Part shown: one piece after another, positions 44,392 to 53,343 of the stretch | Numbering within the stretch: the stretch's first letter is position 1 | How the letters are laid out: the number at the start of each line of letters is the position of its first letter | DNA from: a virus | Lineage: Duplodnaviria; Caudoviricetes | Strand: one strand, 5' to 3' | Length of the DNA stretch: 53,474 nucleotides | IMG/VR virus record: IMGVR_UViG_3300050139_000115 | Coordinates: 1-53,474 of that record | Translations under genes and position numbers: made by a program | Notes under the pieces: model-generated | What the model saw: the letters and a program-made list of their open reading frames with translations, nothing else | Told to the model about the DNA's origin: nothing | Databases searched by the model: none

Positions 44392-45929
44392 GTTTCCTCG
44401 ATAAATTTTGCAATCCGCTCCCGCGCCGCCGGCACATCGATCGCCTTGTCGTGGTTGCAACCATGCGACCAACACGCGCACGGCTTCACCGGCTCGATGG
44501 CGCACCAGGGCGAATACCGCGCACCGGCTGAAAACGACCGCGCATCCTCGAATCCGCCGAAAATAGCAATGACTGGCGTGCTGACCGCCTGCGCCAACAC
44601 CAGCGCAAAGCCGGGCGAGCAGAACACTAGATTCGCCGCCGCCGTGAGCGCGGCAATCGTCTCAAAATCCAACTCGCCGCGGTGAAACTCGGCGTCGGCC
44701 TTGATCTGCGGGCCGATGAGCCACTCAATTCCGTCCATCAGGTCCGCCAGACTGATCACGAAATACCGATCGCGGATGCCTGCGATCAACGCGTGGCTGG
44801 CTGCCAGGTCGGGGTTACGCGCGACCTTCGCCCGCGCCGAGCCGTTGTTCTGGTCCGAAATTGCGACCGGCGGCCGGTAGATCAGCAGCGGCTTCGTCGG
44901 TTTCAACTTCGCCAGCAGCGCGTCGGCCTTCGCTTTCCATTCCGGCTTGATTGGCATGCGGAAGTCGCCAACCGGAACGCCGCATACATGGGCCATCACG
45001 CCGAGTACGGAGCCGCAGTCCTTCACACCACGCGGCATCATGGACAGGTAACCGTTTTCAATCGTCCGCGCGCCTCGCGGTGGCTGCGTGGCGCCGTAGA
45101 GTGCTGCCGCGCGCACCTCATTCTTCGCCATCCAGCAAATCCGCGACTTTTTCGGCACTAGGTGCAGACGCGGCATATCCCAAAACACCTGCGGCCAGGA
45201 AGTCGTCAGCCAAACCTCGTTCGACTTCATCAACTCGCGCACAAGCGCCCGTTCGTGCAGGTTGTCTCCGAGGCCGTGCATGCCATGCAGGAGCAGCGCC
45301 TGCTTACCCGGCGCCAGCGCTTCCTCGATCGGCAGCCGCTCAAAACACGTGATCGCCGTGCGCCTGGTAGCGTTGACGACCTCGACTCCGTGCGAGCGCA
45401 GATCCGCACCGAGCTGCACCATGCGCCGGCCCCACTCCGGCATCGTCCCCAGGTTTGGCAAATTCCCTTCGTGGTCGCCGTGGTGATGGCTCTCACCCTT
45501 CGGCCCGCGCTGCATGTCGTAGCCGAGCAGGATGATCCGCGCGGCACCCCACATATAGGCGAGGTTAATCGCCTGGTAGCCGCTGTTCAGGCCGGTATGG
45601 ATGCGGCCTGGCTTCGTCCCCAGCCCAGGCTCGTCAACCGCCTCTACGTGGTTGATGACGCCTCGGAGCCGGTCGGCGCACGTCCAGCATTCCCCGGTGA
45701 AGTTCCGCTCGACTTCCTCGCTGTACACTGTCCACCAGCGCATGTCTGCCGCGTAGCACGCGTCGGCCCATAGCGCCTTGCGAAATGTCGTGCAGACTGC
45801 GATTACGCGCCGCTCTTGCGGTGCTTTCCGGCGCCAGGCTTTGACAAGAGCGACTTCCCCATCGCTAAGGCTTGGTCCACTGGCGAGGCAGACGACGGTG
45901 GAACCTTTCCATCGTCCGGCGCTTTTCCC
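44379..45929 (-). CDS. Two-domain DUF115/Maf-like + GT9-like glycosyltransferase (probably expressed as a -1 frameshift fusion)
   Basis: VVCLASGPSL, NSGYQA.NLA, IILLGYD, VVNAT; then GLGD and LAQAV.TPV.AIFG; no in-frame start near the domain N-terminus. Confidence 0.75.
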   Translation of the reverse strand, partial: GKSAGRWKGSTVVCLASGPSLSDGEVALVKAWRRKAPQERRVIAVCTTFRKALWADACYAADMRWWTVYSEEVERNFTGECWTCADRLRGVINHVEAVDEPGLGTKPGRIHTGLNSGYQAINLAYMWGAARIILLGYDMQRGPKGESHHHGDHEGNLPNLGTMPEWGRRMVQLGADLRSHGVEVVNATRRTAITCFERLPIEEALAPGKQALLLHGMHGLGDNLHERALVRELMKSNEVWLTTSWPQVFWDMPRLHLVPKKSRICWMAKNEVRAAALYGATQPPRGARTIENGYLSMMPRGVKDCGSVLGVMAHVCGVPVGDFRMPIKPEWKAKADALLAKLKPTKPLLIYRPPVAISDQNNGSARAKVARNPDLAASHALIAGIRDRYFVISLADLMDGIEWLIGPQIKADAEFHRGELDFETIAALTAAANLVFCSPGFALVLAQAVSTPVIAIFGGFEDARSFSAGARYSPWCAIEPVKPCACWSHGCNHDKAIDVPAARERIAKFIEETCKH

Positions 45930-46123
45930 GCTTCGGCCACGATAGCTGCGGCACCGCGCACGCTCAGCGCCTGATCGACGCGGCGCGCTATGAGCTTCAC
46001 GCGCACGAGGCCGGCGCGCTCCAAGTCGCGCGCAAGGCCCTCTTCCATCAGCATCGGCCGGCCTTCGTCCGCGTTGATGTGGCCGTGGACAAAGGAGGTC
46101 AACGGCACTGCTTCGACTTGCAT
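45803..46123 (-). CDS. Small capsid-adjacent protein containing slippery site G GGA AAA
   Basis: GGAG RBS; A.DLE.AGLV motif; directly after the major capsid gene. Confidence 0.75.
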   Translation of the reverse strand: MQVEAVPLTSFVHGHINADEGRPMLMEEGLARDLERAGLVRVKLIARRVDQALSVRGAAAIVAEAGKAPDDGKVPPSSASPVDQALAMGKSLLSKPGAGKHRKSGA

Positions 46124-46135
46124 TATCTTTTCTCC

Positions 46136-46163
46136 AAAAAAAGGCCCGGCCGAAACCGGGCCT
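46136..46163 (-). terminator. Terminator after major capsid gene
   Basis: AGGCCCGG-TTTCGG-CCGGGCCT then TTTTTT. Confidence 0.75.
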
Positions 46164-46182
46164 GGTTGCATCACTCGACGGA

Positions 46183-47469
46183 TTACGTCGCCGGCAGGTC
46201 AGTATTCTTGATGAAACTTTCCGGCCGATACACCGCGAGTCCCAGTCTCTCTTCGTTGCGCACCGAAACCATGTTGCGCACAAAGTTGTCCTGATCTTCG
46301 CTCGATATCACGACGTTCGAATCCTCCCGGTCGAACACCTGCGCGCCAAGCTTGAACGCGCCGACAAGCGCCGTGTCCACCGTCATCGCCGGAGTATCCA
46401 CTACCGGCCGCCCCCACAAAGCAGGTTGCGCCAGCGATTGCGGATTCGCGAAGATGTAGGCGCCGATATCGTTCTTCGTCAACTCGATCGCCGCCCAGTC
46501 CGACGGGTGCATCACGATACCGGTCGACGGAAATAGCGCGAGTTCTGCCTGCAACAGCATCAGGCGAATCACGTCGATCTTGGTCGCTTTCGCAATCGCG
46601 ATCGGTGCGCTAAACGCAGTTGCCTGCGTATAGATGCCGTTCAGGTTGTTCCCGACACCGGAGCCCTTCAGCAATTGCGTTTCTTCTTTGAATTGCAGGC
46701 CGTAGCGGAGCCGTTGGTCGATCATCGATTGCAGTTGCGCAAAGTCATCGAGGATCTGCTTCGATGCCTTGATCCAGTGCGCGACCGTGACGACAGCCGA
46801 CTGCATGAGTTCGTAGGTGATGTCCGATTCCGGCTTGAGCGTCGTTTCCGAAACGGTCGCGGCGTTGTTGGTAAACCCAGTTTCCTTCACGTACTGGATC
46901 AGGTTCGATCCGGTACGACCAGGGCTGATCAGGTCGCGCACCGTCATACGCCGCTGCGGAATGCCGATGATGCCAGGCTGAAAGTCCGGCGCCACCCCCG
47001 TGGTCGTCGTGTTCGTTGTCGGGATGCTGGTGAGCGCCGCCTTGACCGGCAGCACGTAACCGGACTGCGCGCTCTTCATGCCGCCAGCCCCGATCCACGC
47101 CTTGAATCCGTCGTCCGTAACGAGCATTTCCCCGAGCGTCTGCGCCTGCGGCTTTTCCTCGGACCCGCGCCGCGCCGCCTTCTGCTCCACCTCGAGCAGC
47201 CGCGCCTGCAGCTCGCCCTGCTTGACCAGCATTTCGTCGACCTTCGGCTTGTCGGCCGCGTACATGTCGCCGTATTTCTTCGCCTCGGCCAGAGCCTTTT
47301 CGCCGGCCTCTTTAACCTGGTCGCCGATCTTGTCCAGCGCGGCCTTGATTTCTTTCGGGTCCATGTCGTACAAAACCATGCCGACGCGCCCCATGTACCC
47401 GGTCAACGCGCGGTGGAGTGATTCCCCGAGCGCTACCGCCACGGCAACAGCCATTACTTTCAGTTTCAT
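46183..47469 (-). CDS. Major capsid protein (HK97 fold, delta domain, extra N-terminal leader)
   Basis: TVRDLI.PG, V.E...KPES, AHW...SKQIL.D, EE.QLL.G.G, NF..NM...R.EER. Confidence 0.93.
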   Translation of the reverse strand: MKLKVMAVAVAVALGESLHRALTGYMGRVGMVLYDMDPKEIKAALDKIGDQVKEAGEKALAEAKKYGDMYAADKPKVDEMLVKQGELQARLLEVEQKAARRGSEEKPQAQTLGEMLVTDDGFKAWIGAGGMKSAQSGYVLPVKAALTSIPTTNTTTTGVAPDFQPGIIGIPQRRMTVRDLISPGRTGSNLIQYVKETGFTNNAATVSETTLKPESDITYELMQSAVVTVAHWIKASKQILDDFAQLQSMIDQRLRYGLQFKEETQLLKGSGVGNNLNGIYTQATAFSAPIAIAKATKIDVIRLMLLQAELALFPSTGIVMHPSDWAAIELTKNDIGAYIFANPQSLAQPALWGRPVVDTPAMTVDTALVGAFKLGAQVFDREDSNVVISSEDQDNFVRNMVSVRNEERLGLAVYRPESFIKNTDLPAT

Positions 47470-48344
47470 GGTGATTCCTTTCCAATTTCTATTGAGAACG
47501 ATTTCAATGCAGCGAGAACTTCACTTGCCTCGGCAGCGTTCTGCGTGCCGACTTCGGTAGCGCCAGGCGTACCTGTTCCGGTAGCGCCAGGCGTACCGGC
47601 CTTGAATTCTTGGAGTAGCGCGCGCCGTTCGCTGCGCGGCATTCCGGCTTTCGCCAGCCCCATGTCGAGCAAATAGGCCGCGATTTGGTCTTTTTTCACG
47701 CTCGCGCCTTTTTTGACCTCATCGGCAGGGAGTAGTGCGTCGGCAAAACCTTGGTCAACCGCCGCCGCGCCGCCGATCCACGTTTCCGCGTCCATCATTT
47801 TCAGCATGGCCTTCGTCTCACCGCCGGTGCGCGCCGCGTAAATGTCGGCCATCGCGGCGTCGAACGGTTCCAGCGTGTCGGCGATTGCGCGCAGATCGTT
47901 GCGGTTTCCCATCGCCATGACCCATGTGTCATGAATCATCAGGAAGCCCGCGCGCGCAATCAGGATCTCGTCGCCAGCCATCGCGACGACGGACGCGGCT
48001 GAAGCTGCGATGCCAAGCACCTTGACCGTTACGCTGCCCTTGTGGTCGCGCAGGAGGTTGTAAATCGCCATGCCTTCGAACAGGTCACCGCCGGGACTGT
48101 TCATCAGCACGGTCACATCCTTTTCCGCGCCGATGGAGCGAAGAATCCCCGCCATGCGTTTCGCGGTCATGCCTTCGCCGGTCCACGGGTCCACGCCGAT
48201 CGGCTCAAGCACCGAGACCGTGTTTTCCGTAGCCGCGGCCATCAGGTCGGGCGTCCAGCGCTCCAGGGCCTGGGGCGAGATTTCCCATTGCAGCCCGTTC
48301 GGGCGGTCGATCTGGCGGGCTTGCGGCATGGTGCGTTTAGACAT
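47466..48344 (-). CDS. ClpP-like prohead protease
   Basis: NSPGGD.FEG, GIAASAAS, MIH, ETW. Confidence 0.92.
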   Translation of the reverse strand: MSKRTMPQARQIDRPNGLQWEISPQALERWTPDLMAAATENTVSVLEPIGVDPWTGEGMTAKRMAGILRSIGAEKDVTVLMNSPGGDLFEGMAIYNLLRDHKGSVTVKVLGIAASAASVVAMAGDEILIARAGFLMIHDTWVMAMGNRNDLRAIADTLEPFDAAMADIYAARTGGETKAMLKMMDAETWIGGAAAVDQGFADALLPADEVKKGASVKKDQIAAYLLDMGLAKAGMPRSERRALLQEFKAGTPGATGTGTPGATEVGTQNAAEASEVLAALKSFSIEIGKESP

Positions 48345-49680
48345 TTGTTTGCTCCTTCGCCGGTGCGCCGGCAGATAAGTCGATTCCTAACCACGCTTTT
48401 AGCGCGTCGGCTGCGCTTTGGGCCGCGGCGTTGGTGCCCTTGTTCATGTCATCTATTCCTACCATTGCCGATTGCACCGTGAGTACCCCAGCGTTGCCGC
48501 CCTTCGGCGCGAGATTCTCCAGTTGGCGGCACTCGTCTCTGGTATAGAGACCGTTGCTCACCATCATCGTATAGAACGTCGCGCGCGAAGTAGAATCTCC
48601 GCGCAGCAAACCTTCCATATTCCACTCGGCGAAATATCGGAGGCGCTCTGCCGGGGTGAGCAAGCTCTTGCGCACCGCCTGTTCGATCCGCACGCACCAT
48701 TGCCGCAACGTGAACGTCAGGAACCAGAGCATCTTCTGCTCAAGTCCGGTTCCCCAGTTCGAGTCTTTCCCTCCATGCCCGATCATCGCGGGGTCAACGC
48801 GGAACCAACGTGTTATCTCTTCCGTGTTCCACTTGCGACTGTCGAGCGTTTCGGCGGACACGGGATCGAAACCTAACTTCTGGTACGAGCTTCCTCTTTC
48901 CAGCACGTAGACGCCGCCTTCCGCATTCACGCTCTTGATGTGCGCCCGAATTTCCTCGCGTTGCTGTTTCTGCAGGACCGAGTCCATCGTTACTATGCCG
49001 GTCGCGCGCGTTGAATCGCGGAATACCTCGGCGGCCGCGCGGTCGGTCTCGATCGACGCGCCAAACACGTTTGCGCCGTACACAATCGGCGACAGTCCAA
49101 GAAAACCGTCGGTTGAAAACGCGAGGATGTGCATCATGTCGGCTTCTGCAATCACGCGCGCCGTCGCGGAGGCAGGGTAATCTCGGTAGCGAAACTCAAG
49201 CGTCCCGTCGTACAAGCGGCGCACCACCATCCGCGCCGGGTGCAGGAAATGCAGCGAGATAATCGTGTTGCCGCTACGCATTATCTCGATGTAGGTATTG
49301 CCCCAGAGCAGCATGCTCGCGACCACGACCTCCCAAAATATGACCGCCGTCATGTCTGCGTTCGGTTGATAGTGGAGAATGTCGTAGAGTTGGTGATTCG
49401 TGGCGGGCGCGCGCGAACCATCCGGCTTTTTCTCATAAAACCCAAGCGGCAACGTAGCCAGTGTCTCCGCAATCAGCCGCACGCAAGCCCACACCGTCGC
49501 GAGCTGCAGCGCCTTATCGACGGTGATGTTCTTGCCTAGAAACGATCCGGTGCCGCTCAATTGCCGCCAGAAGTCCCCGGACTGCAATGTGATCGGAACC
49601 CCGAGCCAGTCTTGCAGAGACGCTTTGATCGACAGCGGGCGCACGCCGTCCGCAATGGCCGCGATCAGCGATTTAGCCAC
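48337..49680 (-). CDS. HK97-family portal protein
   Basis: AL....VWACV..I...ATLP, PN..MT...FW, GLSP, SNWG.G.EQ, LLRGD. Confidence 0.93.
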   Translation of the reverse strand: MAKSLIAAIADGVRPLSIKASLQDWLGVPITLQSGDFWRQLSGTGSFLGKNITVDKALQLATVWACVRLIAETLATLPLGFYEKKPDGSRAPATNHQLYDILHYQPNADMTAVIFWEVVVASMLLWGNTYIEIMRSGNTIISLHFLHPARMVVRRLYDGTLEFRYRDYPASATARVIAEADMMHILAFSTDGFLGLSPIVYGANVFGASIETDRAAAEVFRDSTRATGIVTMDSVLQKQQREEIRAHIKSVNAEGGVYVLERGSSYQKLGFDPVSAETLDSRKWNTEEITRWFRVDPAMIGHGGKDSNWGTGLEQKMLWFLTFTLRQWCVRIEQAVRKSLLTPAERLRYFAEWNMEGLLRGDSTSRATFYTMMVSNGLYTRDECRQLENLAPKGGNAGVLTVQSAMVGIDDMNKGTNAAAQSAADALKAWLGIDLSAGAPAKEQTNV

Positions 49681-49864
49681 GGTAGAGTCCTCTCAAAATC
49701 ACCGCCGCGAACAGAAAACACGGAAGAGCACCCGCGAGCATCGCCCAGCCAGGCCCCGCTAGGAGGTAGATGCCACCGACGGCCAGGCCCGCGCCCGCCA
49801 CAAGCGCAAGGCAAGCCATCACCGGCGCCCAAGGAAACTGGCGGGGTGTATCTAATTCACTCAT
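49673..49864 (-). CDS. Small membrane protein between TerL and portal
   Basis: Hydrophobic 63 aa; ATGA-coupled. Confidence 0.6.
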   Translation of the reverse strand: MSELDTPRQFPWAPVMACLALVAGAGLAVGGIYLLAGPGWAMLAGALPCFLFAAVILRGLYRG

Positions 49865-51612
49865 GCGATGATTGCGTTCGCTAGAAAGTCGGAAAGGCCG
49901 AGATCGACGCCCAGCATCGCCCGCGACATGGCGATGATCAACATCAAGGCCGGATCTATTTTCTTTTTTGTCGCGCCGCGTAGCGGAAACCAACTATCGT
50001 TTTTTCCGGGTTTGACCGAGACGTTCGACACGCCCCAAGTCGCAACAGGATCGCCGCAATGGTGAAGACGCCCATCGGTGACTAAGGCGTCGATGAATTT
50101 CATCGGCACCGATAGGTGCGAGGGCATTTGCGGCACGGCAATGACGGTGAAGCCCGCGTTCTGCAGATTTGCCGAGATCCCGGCGGCGCCCCAGGAGTCT
50201 ATTCCGACCTCGCCGCAGTGGAATAGATCAATGTCGCCGACGATGCCGCGTTCGATCAGCGACTGGTCAATCATGTTGCCCGGCGACTCTATCAGCCAGC
50301 CCTCACGCTTCCATCCCTGGTAATGCCGGTTGACCGGATCGTTAATACACGCCTCGGGCAGGTAAAAGCGCCAAAAGGCGTAAAAATGCGTCTTGTCGTT
50401 GATGACGCGTTTGAATACGCGACAGTCTCCGGCAATGTCTTTCTGATTCGCGAGATCGAGCCCATGCCATACCTGCTCGCCCAGAAAATCCTCAATCTTC
50501 AGTGTGCGATCGGCGAGCCCTTTCCACTCATGCAGATTCAGCCACGGGTTCGACGAGCCGACCCACATATTCAAATGTTTCGTCTGAAACCCAGCCTGCT
50601 TGCGCGGATTGCGCACCGCCTCGGCTTGGTCGGCGAGCATCGTATCGCGGTCGATCGAAATGCCGTAGTTCGGATTGGCTTTTATCAGCGCCTCTTCTGA
50701 TGTCCAATCGTCTCCCGGTTGCGACACTTCGCCGTCGCGTTCGATCGGCTGATCGATTCCATAGATGATGCCGAAACGCCGTTCGTCCACAACCGCGCCC
50801 TCGAGGATGGACTGCAAATCCTCTTGATGCGCATAACACGGGCCAGATACATCATCGCCCGCAGTGGTGATCATCAGCATTAACGGCTGCGAGCGTGCGC
50901 CCATGCCGGTCTTCATCGTGTCGTACAACTCTTCCGTCGGGTGCTCGTGGTATTCGTCCACGATCGCGCAGGAAGGTGAAGCCCCATCACCAGGTTTGCC
51001 GATGATCGGCTCGAATTTGCTGTTGGTGTTTGCGATGGAAATATTCGACGCGCGCACCGTTACACCGAACCGGGACAAAAATTCCGGCGTCCCCTCGGCC
51101 ATTTTTTTTGCCGGATCGAAAACTTCGAATGCTTGGTCTTCTGAGGTAGCGCCGGAATATATTTCGGCGCCAAACTCACCATCGGCCGAGAGCATGTAGA
51201 GGCCAATGCCGGCGGCTTTTGTGCTCTTAGCGTTCTTGCGAGGTACGAACAAATCCGCCACGCGAAAGCGCCGCCGCAGCGTCTCGCGATCGATCCAGCC
51301 GAAGATCGAGCCGACGATAAACACCTGCCACGGCTGCAGGAGAATTTTTTCGCCACGCGCCGCCCAATCACCTTTTATGTGCGGCAGCATTTCGAGGAAC
51401 GTACACACGCGCTCGACCGGCGTCGCGATCTTACCTTGTTCGACCGGTAGCGCCGGGTTCCATGCGTAACGCCAGGGTGTGCCGTCTGGGTTCACCCGCG
51501 CGAGGTCATCGAGGTGCCGCTGGCAGGCAAGTCTCGCCCACTTGTTAGCGAGCAGCCTCCCTTCAACAATGTCGCGCGCGTACTGCGTCGCGGTCTCGGC
51601 GTAGTCCTTCAT
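49861..51612 (-). CDS. terL: Terminase large subunit
   Basis: LQPWQ, PRKNAKST, IVDEYH, ITTAG, GLDLA, KIDP. Confidence 0.95.
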   Translation of the reverse strand: MKDYAETATQYARDIVEGRLLANKWARLACQRHLDDLARVNPDGTPWRYAWNPALPVEQGKIATPVERVCTFLEMLPHIKGDWAARGEKILLQPWQVFIVGSIFGWIDRETLRRRFRVADLFVPRKNAKSTKAAGIGLYMLSADGEFGAEIYSGATSEDQAFEVFDPAKKMAEGTPEFLSRFGVTVRASNISIANTNSKFEPIIGKPGDGASPSCAIVDEYHEHPTEELYDTMKTGMGARSQPLMLMITTAGDDVSGPCYAHQEDLQSILEGAVVDERRFGIIYGIDQPIERDGEVSQPGDDWTSEEALIKANPNYGISIDRDTMLADQAEAVRNPRKQAGFQTKHLNMWVGSSNPWLNLHEWKGLADRTLKIEDFLGEQVWHGLDLANQKDIAGDCRVFKRVINDKTHFYAFWRFYLPEACINDPVNRHYQGWKREGWLIESPGNMIDQSLIERGIVGDIDLFHCGEVGIDSWGAAGISANLQNAGFTVIAVPQMPSHLSVPMKFIDALVTDGRLHHCGDPVATWGVSNVSVKPGKNDSWFPLRGATKKKIDPALMLIIAMSRAMLGVDLGLSDFLANAIIA

Positions 51613-52121
51613 TACAGCGCGTGAAACCCACCGGCCGGCGCCCCGGTAGCGGGCGTGAATGGCAACGACATCTGTGGATCGGACGGCGAGACACGCGTGC
51701 GTGCACTCGGCGACATGCCGAAGTCGGACAGGAATTTCCAGCAGAACTCCATGGCCTTATTGCTCACCGACAGCCACGGCGATTGCACCGGGAACCCGTT
51801 CGGTGTTTTCACAAAAAGACCAGCGCCGATTGGGTCGCGGTCCGCCGCCTTCTTGATGATGTCTTCGGCCTCGACGTGTCTGGCCCAGTTGACGCAGTAG
51901 AACGTGAGGTCCGCCCGGTCGACGTGCGCGATCAGCCCGTACTGCGCCAGCTCGGCGGTGACACGCTTCCATTCTTTATACGCCTCGACGTTCTCGCGCA
52001 CATGCGCGGGCGGCCGAGGAATCGCAACCGCCGGGCGAAACTCGTCCAGCTTCAGCGGCCGGCGCCCAGGGTTGCCCTGGATCAGCTTTAGCACCGTTGG
52101 TTTAGGTTTGCGACCTTGCAT
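51612..52121 (-). CDS. terS: Terminase small subunit (P27 family)
   Basis: GRKPKPT.LK..GNPG.R, EW.R, FGMSPSAR. Confidence 0.92.
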   Translation of the reverse strand: MQGRKPKPTVLKLIQGNPGRRPLKLDEFRPAVAIPRPPAHVRENVEAYKEWKRVTAELAQYGLIAHVDRADLTFYCVNWARHVEAEDIIKKAADRDPIGAGLFVKTPNGFPVQSPWLSVSNKAMEFCWKFLSDFGMSPSARTRVSPSDPQMSLPFTPATGAPAGGFHAL

Positions 52122-52182
52122 GATGTGATAACTCCCACAAAAAGCTAATGTTTTGCTCACCTTACGAGGGTAAAAATAAGAC

Positions 52183-52211
52183 TTGCGTAATACGCGCAAT
52201 GCGCATATCCT
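52183..52211 (+). promoter_or_regulatory. Sigma70-like promoter for the inverted cassette
   Basis: TTGCGT-17 nt-TATCCT; contains TTGCG/CGCAA/TGCGCA repeats. Confidence 0.55.
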
Positions 52212-52267
52212 TAAATCTGGTTCAACGAACCGCCGCGCCTCGGGTACTGGGGCTAAGAGGACACCAA

Positions 52268-53287
52268 ATGGCTCATGAAATCGATCACAGCAACAACCGC
52301 GCGAACATGGCATACGCGGGCGAAAAACCCTGGCACGGCCTGGGCTTCAAGATCAACGCCGAAGCGAGCATTCAGGAATGGCGCACCGCGGCCGGCTTGG
52401 ATTGGGAAATCAAAAAAGGCGGTCTCGTAATGCGCGCCGAAGATGGCGCGCTCGTTGACGCCTCCGACCTTAACCGCTCCATCCTCTACCGCAGCGACAC
52501 GCACGCGCGGCTGTCTATCATGTCCACCAGCGGCCACCACGTGGTGCAGCCGGATGAAATTCTTTCATTCATCGGCGACAGCGTGAAGGCCATGGGCTGG
52601 AAAATGGAAACCGCCGGCAGCTTGAAAGGCGGTCGCAAAATCTGGGCCCTAGCAAACATCGGCGAAGAAGCCGAGGTCGGCAAAGGCGACAAGGTCAAAG
52701 GCTATCTGCTCGCCGCTACCGCGTGCGACGGATCGATGGCCAGCGAGTTTATCTTTACCTCGGTTCGCGTGGTCTGCGACAACACCCTGCACATGGCCGT
52801 CGATGGCAGCATCAAGGAAGCCAAAGGCGACGGCGCGCGCGTTAAGGTGTATCACTACAACAGCCTCAACGTGGCAGCGGTCAAGCAGCAGCTCGGCATC
52901 GCTACTTCAGTCTGGTCCGGCTTCATCGAACGCGCCAAGACCCTGAGCCGGATCAACCTGTCGGACAAAAAAGCGGTCCAGATCCTGCGCAGCGTTTACG
53001 CACCGGAGGAAAAACAAGTCGAAGGCGAAGTGATCTCCGACGAGCAATTCCTGAAAGAGAACGCCACCGCCCGCCGCGTGCTCGAACTGTACCAAGGCGC
53101 CGGCATCGGGATGCAACTCAAGACCGCGCGCGACACCGCCTGGGGCTTGGTCAATGCCACCACGGAATTCTACGACCACACCAGCAAGACCAGGTCCACG
53201 GACAATCGGATTAATTCCGCATGGTTCGGCGCCGGCGCAATCAAAAAACAGGAAGTGATGGACGCCTGCTTCGAAATGGCCGACTAG
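52268..53287 (+). CDS. DUF932-like phage/plasmid protein
   Basis: MAY.GE.PWHGLG, AGLDW, ETAGSL.GG..IW.LA, RVVC.NT, TAWG..NA.TE..DH. Confidence 0.88.
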   Translation: MAHEIDHSNNRANMAYAGEKPWHGLGFKINAEASIQEWRTAAGLDWEIKKGGLVMRAEDGALVDASDLNRSILYRSDTHARLSIMSTSGHHVVQPDEILSFIGDSVKAMGWKMETAGSLKGGRKIWALANIGEEAEVGKGDKVKGYLLAATACDGSMASEFIFTSVRVVCDNTLHMAVDGSIKEAKGDGARVKVYHYNSLNVAAVKQQLGIATSVWSGFIERAKTLSRINLSDKKAVQILRSVYAPEEKQVEGEVISDEQFLKENATARRVLELYQGAGIGMQLKTARDTAWGLVNATTEFYDHTSKTRSTDNRINSAWFGAGAIKKQEVMDACFEMAD

Positions 53288-53343
53288 CAAATCCGGGCGG
53301 CGCAGTCCCGGCCGCCCACCTTACCCTACACCGGAGAATCAAA

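Noticed and set aside
45930-46283. N-terminal 118 aa of ORF 44379..46283
   Set aside because: Overlaps the capsid gene end, a terminator and the small gene; Arg-rich, shadow-like sequence.
47555-47597. Direct repeat CGGTAGCGCCAGGCGTACC x2 as a regulatory site
   Set aside because: In-frame GTPGAT duplication in the protease's low-complexity tail.
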